Shown one piece after another: positions 1 to 10,802 of a stretch of 64,000 bases of DNA. The notes beneath the pieces were generated by a model. The model did no database searches. It was given only the letters and a program-made list of their open reading frames with translations, and had not been told where the DNA came from. The translations under genes and the position numbers were made by a program. Within the stretch, counting starts at the first letter, position 1, and the number at the start of each line of letters is the position of its first letter. Source of the stretch: an uncultured Acidobacteriota bacterium (lineage in GTDB: Bacteria > Acidobacteriota > Vicinamibacteria > Vicinamibacterales > UBA2999); contig CAVUKN010000007.1 of assembly GCA_963742105.1 (NCBI GenBank), positions 514,476 through 578,475 on the forward strand, read 5' to 3'.

Positions 1-1
1 C

Positions 2-61
2 AACACGCCGCACGAGCTGTGGCCGATGCCGACCTATCGGGAGATGCTATTCGTCAAGTAA
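2..61 (+). CDS. 3' end of a CDS entering from upstream of the window (...NTPHELWPMPTYREMLFVK*)
   Basis: Open frame from the window edge to TAA at 59-61. From memory the tail resembles the C-termini of type III glutamine synthetases, but 19 aa is too little to call a product. Confidence 0.3.
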   Translation, partial: NTPHELWPMPTYREMLFVK

Positions 62-158
62 GGGCCGTTCGAAGGCCGGCGATGCGGTCGGTTCGTTCGA
101 GCCGTTCGTCAGGTTCCGTGCAAGGAGGGGCCGGTCGGGGTCACCCTGACCGGTCCCT

Positions 159-2171
159 TTGTGCGACCGCGGGTATTCGCAGCTCCAATTCGGCGCACAA
201 TTCCATCTTTTCGTCTACAATTCGCCCGTGTCCGGGGACGGCGTCTCGCGAGCGCGGATCTACGCCGCGCTGATCGAGCACTCCAACGAGTGCGTCGGAG
301 TGCTCGCCGCCGATGGCCGTACCGTCTTCCAGTCCGCGGGGGTCACCGGCCAGCTCGGATATTCGCCGGATGAACTGATCGGACGCTACAACTTCGAGCT
401 CATTCACCCGGACGATCGACCAGTTGCGCTCGACCGCTTTCGCAGCATCATCGATGACCGGCCGGCCGCGGAACCGATTCGCCTCCGGTGCCGGCACAAG
501 GATGGGAACTGGCGCCTCCTCGAGTTCACCACCGCCCGCCTCGCCGTCAGGGCCGACGCGCCCTACATCGTCCTCAACACCCGCGATGTCACTGACTTTA
601 CCGAGGCGGCGGCGGCGCTTCGCGCCAGCGAGCACCGGCTCGACTTCGCGCTCGAACTTGGCGCGATGGGGGTCACCGATTTCGATTACGCCACCGGCGC
701 TCTGATTCTGTCGGCCAGCCTGACCCGGCTGATGGGGTACGACACGCCCCCTCCTGCGCCCGGACTCCGCTGGTTCCTCGAACATGTGCACGCCGAGGAC
801 CGGGCCTCGCTGGTGAGCCTGTTCAACGCCATCAAGACGCCGGTGGCCAACGAATACGAAGCCTTATTCCGGATCGTTCGTGATCACCAGACGCGCTGGT
901 GGTCAGGTCGTGTCCGCGTCCTTCGTGACGACGCCGGCCAGCCGCTGCAGGCGATTGGCCTGGTGTGCGACATCACCGAGCGGCGTCACCTCGAAGAACA
1001 GGTGCGCCAGGCCCAGAAGATGGAAGCGATCGGCCGTCTGGCCGGCGGAATCGCCCACGATTTCAACAACCTGCTGACCGTCATCTCCGGTTACGCCGAT
1101 ACCCTGCGGCAGTCGATGGCCCCGGCGGATCCACGTTTCGACGACGTCGTGGAAATTCAGCGCGCTGCCGATCGCGCCGCCCTTCTGACGCAGCAGCTGC
1201 TCGCGGTGAGTCGCAACCAGAGTTCCCGGCCGGGCGTCGTCGATGCCAACGTCGTGGTCACAGACATCGCGACGATGATCGGGCGCCTGGTTGGAAGCGG
1301 CATTGAGCTCAAAGTGAAGCTGGCGCCGCGTCCGGCCGCCGTGCTCGCCGATCGCGGTCAACTGGAACAGGTCCTTATCAACCTGGCCGTGAACGCGCGC
1401 GACGCGATGCCTGATGGGGGCGTGCTGGAGATCAGGACCAGCCTGGTGGACGTGACGGCTGCCCATGCCAGTCGCCTGTATTCGCTGAAGCAGGGCAGGC
1501 ACGTCCGCATCACCGTGTGCGATTCGGGTGTCGGCATGCCGCCAGAAGTGCAGGCGCGTGTCTTCGAACCGTTCTTTTCGACCAAGCCTCCGGGCAAGGG
1601 AACGGGGATCGGTCTGTCGACCGTCTACGGCATTGTCAAGCAATCGGGCGGCGGGATCTTCCTGACGTCCGACCCCGGTGTGGGCACGACCTTCGACGTC
1701 TACCTGCCATTTTCGACCGGCCTTCGCTCGCGCGTCGCGGCGCGTCCGAAGGGTGAGCGGCCGGCCGATACGGACGCGATCGCTGCTGACGGCGAAACCG
1801 TGCTGCTGGTCGAAGACTACGGACGTCTACGCGAGCTTGCGCGCAAGGTGTTGTGCCGGCATGGGTATCGGGTCCTCACGGCAGCCTCGGGGCGGGAAGC
1901 ACTGGAGTTGGCCCGCCGGCCTGGCGAGCGGGTGGATGTACTCGTCACCGACGTGGTCATGCAAGGCATGTCTGGACCCGAACTGGCGCGCGCGTTGCGC
2001 GACATCGCACCCGAGGCCGCGATTGTCTACACGTCCGGGTTCGCCGGCGATGTCGTCAACCAGCGCGGCGTCGTTCCCGCGGAAGCCCCCTTCCTGGCCA
2101 AGCCTTTCACACCGGCATCACTGTCGAGGATCGTTCGTGACGCGCTGACGACCCGCGTGCACCGCGACTAG
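159..2171 (+). CDS. PAS-domain hybrid sensor histidine kinase / response regulator
   Basis: 670-aa ORF with PAS-like N-terminal modules. H-box [13 protein letters not shown]. ATPase motifs [16 protein letters not shown] and GTGIGLS. C-terminal receiver domain (LLVEDY...DVVMQGMSG...KPF). Start uncertain: TTG 159 or in-frame GTG 228. Confidence 0.85.
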   Translation: MCDRGYSQLQFGAQFHLFVYNSPVSGDGVSRARIYAALIEHSNECVGVLAADGRTVFQSAGVTGQLGYSPDELIGRYNFELIHPDDRPVALDRFRSIIDDRPAAEPIRLRCRHKDGNWRLLEFTTARLAVRADAPYIVLNTRDVTDFTEAAAALRASEHRLDFALELGAMGVTDFDYATGALILSASLTRLMGYDTPPPAPGLRWFLEHVHAEDRASLVSLFNAIKTPVANEYEALFRIVRDHQTRWWSGRVRVLRDDAGQPLQAIGLVCDITERRHLEEQVRQAQKMEAIGRLAGGIAHDFNNLLTVISGYADTLRQSMAPADPRFDDVVEIQRAADRAALLTQQLLAVSRNQSSRPGVVDANVVVTDIATMIGRLVGSGIELKVKLAPRPAAVLADRGQLEQVLINLAVNARDAMPDGGVLEIRTSLVDVTAAHASRLYSLKQGRHVRITVCDSGVGMPPEVQARVFEPFFSTKPPGKGTGIGLSTVYGIVKQSGGGIFLTSDPGVGTTFDVYLPFSTGLRSRVAARPKGERPADTDAIAADGETVLLVEDYGRLRELARKVLCRHGYRVLTAASGREALELARRPGERVDVLVTDVVMQGMSGPELARALRDIAPEAAIVYTSGFAGDVVNQRGVVPAEAPFLAKPFTPASLSRIVRDALTTRVHRD

Positions 2172-2954
2172 TGTTGCAGTCGGGGGCGGGTGCTCCGTGA
2201 CGCGGACACAACGCAGTGAAAGTCCGTATCGCCAACGGAAAAACCGTATCAGAATGCCTTCCTTGGTCGGGCGCCGGCCTGGCGCCGCGAAACCGTCTGC
2301 TGTCACAACCTCGCGAGGCTCTTCCCAACCAGTCGCTCGACTCCAATCGAATGATTGAAGGCGAATGACGTGCGGTAAAGCTGGTACCCATTCTGCACAG
2401 TAAGCCCAGCGACCTTGGTGCCGATGCGTCTGGCGTAGAGATAGGGGTGTGAATCTACGGCCAGCCGTTCGCAAGGATCCAAAATTTCGGGCCCGGACAT
2501 TCTTCGAGTTCGCCAGTCACGCGGTCGTGACTCCGTTCGAGTGCATTCGGTTATCGGGTCATTTGCTTCGGCTGTCTGACCGGCCCGCGCCGACTCGTCT
2601 GGCGTCTTCAGCGGGCCGATACACCCAAGGATCGACGGGCGGCGAGAAGATGCGTCGATTTAGCGGCGAGCGGGTGAGCCGCCGATCATCCGCCGGCGAA
2701 GTAGTTGAGCGGCATGGCCGTCGGTGAGCGAACGGCTTTGACGGGCCAGGTAAGGGCTTACGGTTTACGCAGCATTTCTGAACCCCGCGCGGTCGTGCCG
2801 GGGCCGGCGTGCTGAACCGATCGTGCGATGAACTCCGGATTCCGTCACTCGCGGGGTCCGAACTTCTGGACAGTGTAATCAAGCGGCTCGGCACGCCTTC
2901 TTCATACACGATGGGGGGCGGTCCGACGCCGCGACTTTCAAGTCGACAACACGC

Positions 2955-5807
2955 ATGGGCATTCTCGAGAAACTCAGACCTCAACCCCGCTGGAAGCACG
3001 CGGACCCCGCTGTCCGAGCGGCGGCCGTGTTCGAACTCGGCCCGGACGACCACGAGGCGCTGCGGGCGCTGGCGAGGGAGGATGCTGAAGCCCGCGTACG
3101 TCGTGCGGCCGTCACCAGACTGAACGAAGTCTCGGTGCTAGGTGACATCGCGCGCACCGATCCGGATGAAGACGTGCGCGCGGAAGCGGTTCGCAGTCTT
3201 GCCGGCATCGCCGCGGAGACGGCAACCGTGACGGACGCGGTCGAAGTGGGGCGATTGCTGGCAGCCATCGGACGCACGCGTGAGGTCGTGCTGGCGATTC
3301 GCGAGAACGCATCGACCGACATCCGGCTGTCGCTGGTCGAGCTGCTGGATGACGCTCGGTCGCTGGGATCGGTGAGCCGGCATGCTCCCGACAGCGGCAC
3401 CCGATTGCGTGCCCTCGCCCGGATCAGCGATCCGGACGAGTTGCTCAACGTCGCACTCAAGGCCGATCACACCGACGCCGCCGTCGGTGCGCTCGAACGG
3501 ATCGACAACCCCGAGGCGTTGAGCTCGATCGCCCAGCGTGGGCGCAACAAGGTGGCGTCACGTCGCGCGCGCACGAAACTGCGGCGCCTCGAGGAGCAGG
3601 CTCAACCGGCGCCTGAAGAGCAGGTGCGCATGAGCAGTGACGATCGTCAGCGCGCACTCATGTTGATTCATGAGGCGGAAGCGCTCGTTGCCGTCCAGAA
3701 TCCGGACGACGCCACGTCGTCTCTCGCCGCGGTCCGGCTCGCGTGGGCTGAACTGCAAGCCGATGTGGTCGTCGACGAGGCGCTCACGCACCAGTTCGAC
3801 GCGGCGACCGATGCGGTGAAGGAAGCGGTCGCCGAGCGGCAGCAGGAACGGGCGGCCGAAGAAGAGCGGGCGCGCATCCTCGCTCGGGAGCAATCGGATC
3901 GGCTGCACATTGTCCAGCAGATCGAAACGCTGAGTGGGCCCGACGCGCAGGACCGGATCGCCGAGCTCAAAGTGCAATGGGACGCGTTGCCGCCAATGCC
4001 CTCGGAATACGCCGCGTCGCTGACGCGCCGGTTCCAGGACGCCTCGCGCGCATTCGAAGATCGCGAACGCCGGCGCACCCTGGCCGAGGCCGCCGGCGGC
4101 CGGCTGGAGACACTGGCCACCGAGCTGGAGCAGTTGCTCGCCGCTGACCAGCCGCTCGAGGAAGTGATTGCGCGCTGGCGCGGGTTGCGGCGCGATGCCG
4201 ACGTCCTCCGCGAGCATTCGTCGGCAAACCTGCTTGCCGCCGAGCGGCTGGAGCGCGCTGTCGCGACTCTCGAAGAGAAGGAACACGAGTACCAGGAGGT
4301 TCGCGCCAGACAGGAGCAGGACAACCTCCGCCGGCTGCAGCAGGTCTGTCGGCAGGCCGAGGCGCTGGCGGCGAGCGAGATGGTGACGCTCAAGGCCGGC
4401 GATCGCGCCTTGCGGGAAATCAAGGCGGCGCTCGACGAGCGATCGCCGCTCCCGTCGAAGAAGGATCGTCAGGAGATCCAGGCTCGCCTTGAAGAGGTGC
4501 GCGCAAAGCTTGGACCGCGTGTCCAGGAGATGCGGGACGCCGACGAGTGGCAGCGCTGGGCCAATCTCCAGGTGCAGGAAGAGTTGTGCCGCGAAATGGA
4601 GGCGCTCAAGGCAGAGGAAAACCTCGAGGTCGCCGGCCGGCGCATGCGCGAACTGCAGTCACGCTGGAAGCAGGTGGCGTTGGCCCCGCGCGCGCAGGGC
4701 GAGGCGATGTGGCGACGCTTCAAGACCGCGCAGGACGAGGTGTTCAGCCGCACGGCCGCGTTCTTCGCGGCGCAGAACGAAGAGCGGCAGCAGAACCTGG
4801 CGCGCAAGCTGGCGCTGTGCGACCAGGCAGAAGCGCTGGCGGATTCGTCGGACTGGGTCAAGACGGCGACCGCCATCCAGGCACTGCAGAGCGAATGGAA
4901 GACGATCGGCCCCGTCACGCGCGGAAGCGAGAAGGCCTTGTGGGAGCGGTTCCGCAGCGCCTGCGATCGGTTCTTCACCCGACGCCAGGAGGATCTGAAG
5001 CGCCGTAAGGACGAGTGGGCGGGTAACCTTGCCCGCAAGGAGGCGCTCTGCGAACAGGCCGAGGCGCTGGCCGACTCGACTGACTGGGACAATGCCGCCC
5101 TGCAGGTCAAGCGGCTCCAATCAGAGTGGAAGACGATCGGTCCGGTGCGCAAGTCGAAGTCCGAGGCCGTGTGGCAGCGGTTCCGCGCCGCCTGCGACCG
5201 CTTCTTCGATCGCTACAAGCATCGCGATCAACTGGAATTGCAGGAAAAGGCGGGTGCCCGCGAAGCCGTCATCCGTGAGCTGGAAGGCATCGTGAACCAG
5301 TCCACGGACGGCACGACGCCGGACAACCTGTATCAGACCGTGCACGACGCGCGAACCCGGTGGTCGCAAGCGCCGGAGCTGCCCCGCACCGTGCAGCAGG
5401 AACTGGCGGCGCGCTACCACCAGGCCGTCGGTCGCATCGTCGCCACCTGGCCACAGTCATTTTCCGGCACCGATCTCGATCCCGAGGCAACCCGGAAGCG
5501 GATGGAGAAGCTGGTGGCACGAGTCGAAGAACTGTTGCCAGCGGCCGCATCGCCTCGAGCCCAGCTCTCGCCGGCGGAATTGCTGGCCCAGCAGTGGCGT
5601 GATCGCCTGGCGGCCAACACGATGTCGCGCGGCCGGGCCGCGGAGCTCGAGGAGTCGCGGTGGCGGGCGGCCGAGCAGGAGGTCCGCAACGCGCAGGCCC
5701 AGTGGATGCGGCTCGGACCCGTCCCCGCCGACGTAGCCGGCCCGCTCAACGAGCGATTTCAGCGCGCGGTGCGCCGGTTCTACGATCAGAAGAAACGCGC
5801 ATCCTGA
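2955..5807 (+). CDS. DUF349 repeat protein with N-terminal HEAT-like repeats
   Basis: 950-aa ORF starting at ATG. Repeated W(K/Q)xIGPV...(A/E)xWxRF(R/K)xACDxFF modules typical of DUF349. The N-terminus has D-P-x-VR-x-AA HEAT-like repeats. Confidence 0.8.
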   Translation: MGILEKLRPQPRWKHADPAVRAAAVFELGPDDHEALRALAREDAEARVRRAAVTRLNEVSVLGDIARTDPDEDVRAEAVRSLAGIAAETATVTDAVEVGRLLAAIGRTREVVLAIRENASTDIRLSLVELLDDARSLGSVSRHAPDSGTRLRALARISDPDELLNVALKADHTDAAVGALERIDNPEALSSIAQRGRNKVASRRARTKLRRLEEQAQPAPEEQVRMSSDDRQRALMLIHEAEALVAVQNPDDATSSLAAVRLAWAELQADVVVDEALTHQFDAATDAVKEAVAERQQERAAEEERARILAREQSDRLHIVQQIETLSGPDAQDRIAELKVQWDALPPMPSEYAASLTRRFQDASRAFEDRERRRTLAEAAGGRLETLATELEQLLAADQPLEEVIARWRGLRRDADVLREHSSANLLAAERLERAVATLEEKEHEYQEVRARQEQDNLRRLQQVCRQAEALAASEMVTLKAGDRALREIKAALDERSPLPSKKDRQEIQARLEEVRAKLGPRVQEMRDADEWQRWANLQVQEELCREMEALKAEENLEVAGRRMRELQSRWKQVALAPRAQGEAMWRRFKTAQDEVFSRTAAFFAAQNEERQQNLARKLALCDQAEALADSSDWVKTATAIQALQSEWKTIGPVTRGSEKALWERFRSACDRFFTRRQEDLKRRKDEWAGNLARKEALCEQAEALADSTDWDNAALQVKRLQSEWKTIGPVRKSKSEAVWQRFRAACDRFFDRYKHRDQLELQEKAGAREAVIRELEGIVNQSTDGTTPDNLYQTVHDARTRWSQAPELPRTVQQELAARYHQAVGRIVATWPQSFSGTDLDPEATRKRMEKLVARVEELLPAAASPRAQLSPAELLAQQWRDRLAANTMSRGRAAELEESRWRAAEQEVRNAQAQWMRLGPVPADVAGPLNERFQRAVRRFYDQKKRAS

Positions 5808-5863
5808 TACGCCGCTGCCTATTGACTTGACGCGCGGTGGGAACGACCGCATGCTTCCTGCCG

Positions 5864-6812
5864 ATGCGCCATGCGTGGCCGCTGGCCGTGCTGATGGTCC
5901 TTGCCTTCACCGGCTCCGCCCGCGCGGCGGATGGGTGCCTGTTCATCGAATCGGGCCACACCTGGACACTCGACGCTGACTGCACCGTCGACGGGTCCCT
6001 TGTCATTCCCGACGGCGTCACGCTCGATGGGGCGCAGCACACCATCACCGCCGTCGACCCACAGAACGGCACGTTCCGCGGCGGCATCGTAGTCGCCGGC
6101 GGCGCCACGGCCACTGTGACGAACACGATCATCAGCGCACTCATGCTGGCGAACATCTGTCAGAACGGGAACGACCGTCTCCGCGCGATCTATTTCAACG
6201 GCGCGTCCGGTGCCATCCGCGGCAACACGATCGTGAACGTGAACAAGGGCGCTGTCGTCGTGCCAGGAGGGGAACGGCATCGAGGTTCGGAACATCGACC
6301 TGACGGGCCCGGTGACGGCGGTGGAGATCTCCGGAAATATTGTCGAGGGTTTTCAGAAGACCGGGATCGTCGTCAGCGGCAACGTCGACGCGGCAATCCG
6401 CGACAACACCGTCGGTCCGTCGTCGGCGCAGCGGTTGATGGTGGCGAACGGGATCCAGGTCGGGGCGGGCGTGCGCGCCAGGATCGAGGGCAACACGGTC
6501 GCCGGCAATTCCTGGGGCGCTGGTGACGTCGCCGCAACTGCCATCCTGCTGGTCGATACCGCCGCCGGCACGCTCGTGCGCGCAAACGTGATCACCGGTA
6601 ACTCGGACGTCGGCATCTACGTCATGGCCGACGGCGTTCGGATTGAAAGGAACCGGTTGACCGATACCGGCCCTGACGCGGCTTTCGATGTCGGTATCGG
6701 GAACTACGGCGAAGGCAACGTGTTCGACGGCAACGTGATCCGCGGCTTTGCCCAACCGTACCAGAACGTGATCGAATCGGAGAGAGGTAACACCACCGTC
6801 GCAGAGCGGTGA
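5864..6812 (+). pseudogene. secreted right-handed parallel beta-helix repeat protein, interrupted by a +1 frameshift near 6250-6262
   Basis: Signal peptide MRHAWPLAVLMVLAFTGSARA, then beta-helix-like repeats in the frame of ORF 5837. The sequence degenerates after ...IVNVNKGA. It continues sensibly one frame over as ...CQEGNGIEVRNIDLTGPVTAVEISGNIVEG (ORF 6312..6812). Confidence 0.6.
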
Positions 6813-6825
6813 ATCGAACCCGCAC

Positions 6826-6880
6826 GAGCTACCGGCCACCAGCTACCAGCTACCAGCAGCTCCCGGCCACCGGCTAGCTC
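6826..6880. repeat. word hairpin, family A (AGCTACC / GCTGGTAG words, core CTGGTGGCCGGTAGC in reverse orientation)
   Basis: gagctaccggccaccagctaccagctaccagcagctcccggccaccggctagctc lies between the convergent beta-helix gene and speA. The ends are complementary (gagctaccgg / ccggctagctc). It overlaps the last codons and stop of speA. Confidence 0.7.
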
Positions 6881-8814
6881 TCCAGATACGTATACCCGTG
6901 CAGCCCGTCTTCGTAGAAGCGCAGTAGCTGACCGGCGCCCTCATAGTCCATGCGGCCGGCGCGAACGGCTGTCTCGACGTCGGTCCTGAGTTTTCCGAGC
7001 AGCGTCTCCGCGTCGAACTCCACGTAGTCGAGAACCTCACGCACCGTATCGCCCTTGATGAGGGCATCGAGGCGCGCGTTGCCGTGATCGTCCATGCTGA
7101 CGTGAACGGCATGGGTGTCGCCGAACAGGTTGTGCAGATCGCCGAGGATTTCCTGGTACGCGCCGACGAGAAACACACCGAGGTAATACGGGTCCTTGCC
7201 GGTGCTGTGGAGCGGTAGCGTCTTCTTGACGTCTCGACGATCGACAAACCGATCGAGCTTACCGTCCGAATCACATGTGATATCGCCCAGCACGGCGTGA
7301 TTGGTCGGTTTCTCGTTGAGCCGATGGATCGGCATGACCGGGAAGAGCTGTTTGATAGCCCAGCTGTCCGGGATCGACTGAAACAAGGAAAAGTTGCAGA
7401 AGTACGTGTCCGACAACGTTTCCTCGAGGTTCTGCAGGTCTTCCGGAATCTCGGTCATCGACTGCGTGATCCGATACAGCTTCGTGCAGATGGCCCAGAA
7501 GACGTTCTCGGCCATGCTGCGCTGCTCGAGTGGCAGGTAGCCGCCGTTGAACAGGCTGAGGGCCATGTCGAGCGCCTGCTGCGCGTCGTGAAACGCCTCG
7601 AGGGCATTCCGGCTGGTGACGTTGTTATACGTCTCGACCAGGTCGAGGATCGGCTGTTCCCAGTCCTGGTTCGGCGTGGACGGTACCTTCTCGTCGCCGA
7701 ATCCCGACACGCCGAGCACGTTGAAGACCAGCACACTGTGGTACGCGACGACGGCGCGCCCGCTTTCGGAAACGATGGTCGGGTGCGGGATGCCGGCGTC
7801 GTCGCACACCGTCTGGATGTGATAGACGACGTCGTTGGCGTATTCCTCGAGCGTATAGTTCATGCTCGACTCGAAGTTCGTCTGCGATCCGTCGTAATCG
7901 ACTCCGAGGCCGCCGCCGACATCGAGGTACTGCAGGCCGGCACCGAGCTTCGCCAGCTCGGTGTAGACGCGAGCACCTTCGTTGAGCGCCTGCTTGACGA
8001 TCCGGATGTTGGTGATCTGGCTGCCGAGATGGAAGTGGAGGAGCTTCAGGCAATCCTGCATGTCGCGAGCCTTGAGCTCTTCGAGGCCGCGCATGATCTC
8101 GGTGACGGTGAGACCGAACTTCGAGCGGAACCCGCCGGACGACTGCCATCGGCCGCTGCCACGTGACGCCAGCTTCACCCGCATGCCGATCTGCGGCCGT
8201 ACGCCGGCCTTTTCCGCGTACTCCAGAATCAGGCCGAGCTCGGTGTATTTTTCGACCACCGGGATGATGTTGCGCCCGATCTTCTGGGCGAGCATGGCGG
8301 TTTCGATGAACTCGGCGTCCTTGAAGCCGTTGCAGATGATCGGCGTCTCGTTGTCGGCGAGCGCCACCACCGCCAGGAGTTCCGGCTTCGACCCCGCCTC
8401 GAGGCCGAACCTGTACGGGCGGCCGAAGTTGAGCACTTCCTCGACCACCTGCCGCTGCTGGTTCACCTTGATCGGGTACACACAGCAGTAGCCGCCCTGG
8501 TACTGGTGCTGTCCGATCGCGCCCTGAAAGGCGGCGTGAATCTCGGCGAGACGCTGTTTGACGATGTCCGTGAATCGGACCAGAACCGGCAGGCTGATGC
8601 CCCGGAGCTGCAGCCGATCGATCAACTCCTTGAGATCGATCGCCTTCGAAGTGTCCTTCGTCGGATGGACCTGGAGATGACCAGCGGCGTTGACGGAGAA
8701 GTAACCGTTGCCCCAGCGACCCACCTCGTAGAGCTCGCTGGAGTCGTGCACGCTCCACGAGTTGATGGTCGACGTGCTGGCCTCGACGGGCCGTCCGTTG
8801 GTCGCAGTGCTCAT
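6874..8814 (-). CDS. speA: biosynthetic arginine decarboxylase
   Basis: 646 aa. The N-terminus (WSVHDSSELYEVGRWGNGYFSVNAAGHLQVHP) and overall length and sequence are typical of SpeA (PLP-dependent, fold type III). Confidence 0.92.
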   Translation of the reverse strand: MSTATNGRPVEASTSTINSWSVHDSSELYEVGRWGNGYFSVNAAGHLQVHPTKDTSKAIDLKELIDRLQLRGISLPVLVRFTDIVKQRLAEIHAAFQGAIGQHQYQGGYCCVYPIKVNQQRQVVEEVLNFGRPYRFGLEAGSKPELLAVVALADNETPIICNGFKDAEFIETAMLAQKIGRNIIPVVEKYTELGLILEYAEKAGVRPQIGMRVKLASRGSGRWQSSGGFRSKFGLTVTEIMRGLEELKARDMQDCLKLLHFHLGSQITNIRIVKQALNEGARVYTELAKLGAGLQYLDVGGGLGVDYDGSQTNFESSMNYTLEEYANDVVYHIQTVCDDAGIPHPTIVSESGRAVVAYHSVLVFNVLGVSGFGDEKVPSTPNQDWEQPILDLVETYNNVTSRNALEAFHDAQQALDMALSLFNGGYLPLEQRSMAENVFWAICTKLYRITQSMTEIPEDLQNLEETLSDTYFCNFSLFQSIPDSWAIKQLFPVMPIHRLNEKPTNHAVLGDITCDSDGKLDRFVDRRDVKKTLPLHSTGKDPYYLGVFLVGAYQEILGDLHNLFGDTHAVHVSMDDHGNARLDALIKGDTVREVLDYVEFDAETLLGKLRTDVETAVRAGRMDYEGAGQLLRFYEDGLHGYTYLES

Positions 8815-8870
8815 TGATCGCCATGATAACGGAGTTCGGCCGGCGCGCTGCGCGAGCTGATCGCGAATCG

Positions 8871-8923
8871 CTAGCTGCTGGCTGCTGGCTGCTGGCTGTT
8901 GGCCGGTGGCCAGTAGCCGGTAG
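8871..8923. repeat. word repeat, family A (GCTGGCT / GGCCGGTGGCCAGTAGCCGGTAG)
   Basis: ctagctgctggctgctggctgctggctgttggccggtggccagtagccggtag lies in the divergent speA/thioesterase intergenic region. It shares the GGTGGCC..GTAGCCGGTAG core with 6826, 56288 and 63523. Confidence 0.6.
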
Positions 8924-9033
8924 ATGGAAGGTCGGTGGTAGGGCGTAGGTGGTGCTGGTTCGCCGCCCCGCTCGAGCCCAAAATCGATGGTGCCTGAAGT
9001 CCGAGCGTTCGTCAGTCATAATTGGGACACTCC

Positions 9034-9516
9034 ATGTCCGACCGCGTCCCCGCCATCCGGGTCCTCCTGCTCCCCAAGGACACGAACGCTTACGGCACCA
9101 TCTTCGGCGGTGTCATCCTGTCGCACATCGACCTGGCGTCGGCCATCGAAGCCCGCAGGATCGCACCCCATCACTACGTCACCAAGGCGATGCGCGAAGT
9201 CGAGTTCCATGAGCCGGTGCATCTCGGCGACATCGTCAGTTTCTATACCGAGACGGTGCACGTGGGCCGCACGTCAGTGACGGTGCGTGTGCTCGTCGAG
9301 GCGGAGCGATGGGGAGACGCGCCGGAACTGGGGATTGACTGGCCCAGGCTGGCCGGGAACGGCGCCGAAGAAGCCGGCCACGACCGCACGAACTCCGGAA
9401 GCGCGAAGTCCGGTCGCGGCGAAACGGTCAAGGTGACCGAAGCCGAGGTGGTGCTGGTCGCCATCGATGCGCAGGGGAGACCTGTCCCCGTTCGTCCAGC
9501 GCCCGCACAGGCATAA
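9034..9516 (+). CDS. acyl-CoA thioesterase (hotdog fold, YciA-like) with an internal insertion of about 35 aa
   Basis: [29 protein letters not shown] and [12 protein letters not shown] are hotdog thioesterase signatures. ATG 9034 is preferred over TTG 9022. Confidence 0.75.
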   Translation: MSDRVPAIRVLLLPKDTNAYGTIFGGVILSHIDLASAIEARRIAPHHYVTKAMREVEFHEPVHLGDIVSFYTETVHVGRTSVTVRVLVEAERWGDAPELGIDWPRLAGNGAEEAGHDRTNSGSAKSGRGETVKVTEAEVVLVAIDAQGRPVPVRPAPAQA

Positions 9517-9524
9517 CGACATCG

Positions 9525-10802
9525 ATGAAGTGGATTAGCAGCCGCGGCCAGTCGCCACCCGTGTCATTCGTCGACGCGCTGTTCGCCGGGACAGCTCCCG
9601 ACGGCGGCCTCTATGTACCCGAGCGGATCGACCCGCTTCCGGCCGCGGCCATTGCGGGCCTTCGGACAGCGAGTCTGGTCGAGATGGCGACGGCGGTCGG
9701 CGCACATCTGTTTCGCGATGAAATCTCTGAGGAGGTGTTCGGGGCGCTCGTCCGCGATGCACTCAATTTCGCCGTGCCGCTCCACCAGGTCACGGAGCGT
9801 GTCTGGGCGCTCGAGCTGTTCCATGGCCCGACGCTGGCCTTCAAGGACATCGGGGCCCGCGTGCAGGCGCGGTTGCTGCACCATTTCACCGATGGGACGC
9901 CCCTGACGATCCTGGTGGCGACGTCAGGTGACACCGGCAGCGCGGTCGCGCAGGCTTTTCACGGTGTTCCTGACACACGCGTCGTCGTCCTGTACCCGCA
10001 GGGGCACGTCAGCGACGTTCAGGAAGCGCAGATGGCGTCGCTCGGCGGCAACATCCGGGCGGTGGCGGTGCAGGGAACATTCGACGACTGCCAGCGGCTG
10101 GTCAAAACCGCGTTCGCCGACGATGACCTCCGGAAGCACGTATGGCTGACGCCAGCCAACTCGATTAACGTCGGCCGACTGCTGCCCCAGGTCTTCTATT
10201 ACTTCCAGCTGTTGCAGCTGAACGCTCCTCTGGTGTCGGTGCCCAGCGGCAATTTCGGCAATTTGACCGCCGGTCTGATCGCGCAGCGCATCGGCCTGCC
10301 CGTCCGCCGATTCGTCGCCGCCACCAACCTGAATGATGCGGTTCCGAAGTACCTGACATCCGGACAATACCGGCCGCAACCATCGGTACGCACCATCGCC
10401 AACGCAATGGACGTCGGGGCGCCAAGTAACTTCGAGCGCATTCAGTGGCTCTACGCGAACGACTACGAGGCCATCCGGCGCGACATGGCCGGCGCAGTCT
10501 TCGACGACGAGACGGTGCGCCAGGCGATCGCCGACGTGTATCGTCAGCACGGGTACCTGATGGATCCACATGGGGCCATCGGGTGGCTGGCGCTGAACGA
10601 GGTGATGACGACGCTGCCCGATGACGTCCAGGGGGTGTTTCTCGCCACCGCTCATCCGGCGAAGTTTCGCGAGGTCGTCGAGCCGGTGATCGGCCGGCCC
10701 GTGGCGCTTCCGGCAGTGCTCCAGGAGGCGATCGCCCGGCCGCGCTACGCAGTGCGGATTTCTGCCGATTACCGCGCCCTCAATGAGCTCCTTCGCCAAT
10801 GA
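9525..10802 (+). CDS. thrC: threonine synthase
   Basis: 425 aa. PLP-lysine context LFHGPTLAFKDIGAR, SGDTGSAVA, and overall ThrC-like sequence. Confidence 0.9.
   Translation: MKWISSRGQSPPVSFVDALFAGTAPDGGLYVPERIDPLPAAAIAGLRTASLVEMATAVGAHLFRDEISEEVFGALVRDALNFAVPLHQVTERVWALELFHGPTLAFKDIGARVQARLLHHFTDGTPLTILVATSGDTGSAVAQAFHGVPDTRVVVLYPQGHVSDVQEAQMASLGGNIRAVAVQGTFDDCQRLVKTAFADDDLRKHVWLTPANSINVGRLLPQVFYYFQLLQLNAPLVSVPSGNFGNLTAGLIAQRIGLPVRRFVAATNLNDAVPKYLTSGQYRPQPSVRTIANAMDVGAPSNFERIQWLYANDYEAIRRDMAGAVFDDETVRQAIADVYRQHGYLMDPHGAIGWLALNEVMTTLPDDVQGVFLATAHPAKFREVVEPVIGRPVALPAVLQEAIARPRYAVRISADYRALNELLRQ

Noticed and set aside
2172-2954. RNase P RNA or another housekeeping RNA in the large gap (gtgaaagtccg resembles the GGAAAGUCCGG P4 element)
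   Set aside because: Only a short partial match is present. The flanking conserved RNase P elements and helices are not recognisable. No tRNA-like, tmRNA-like or SRP-like consensus strings were seen in any intergenic region of the window.
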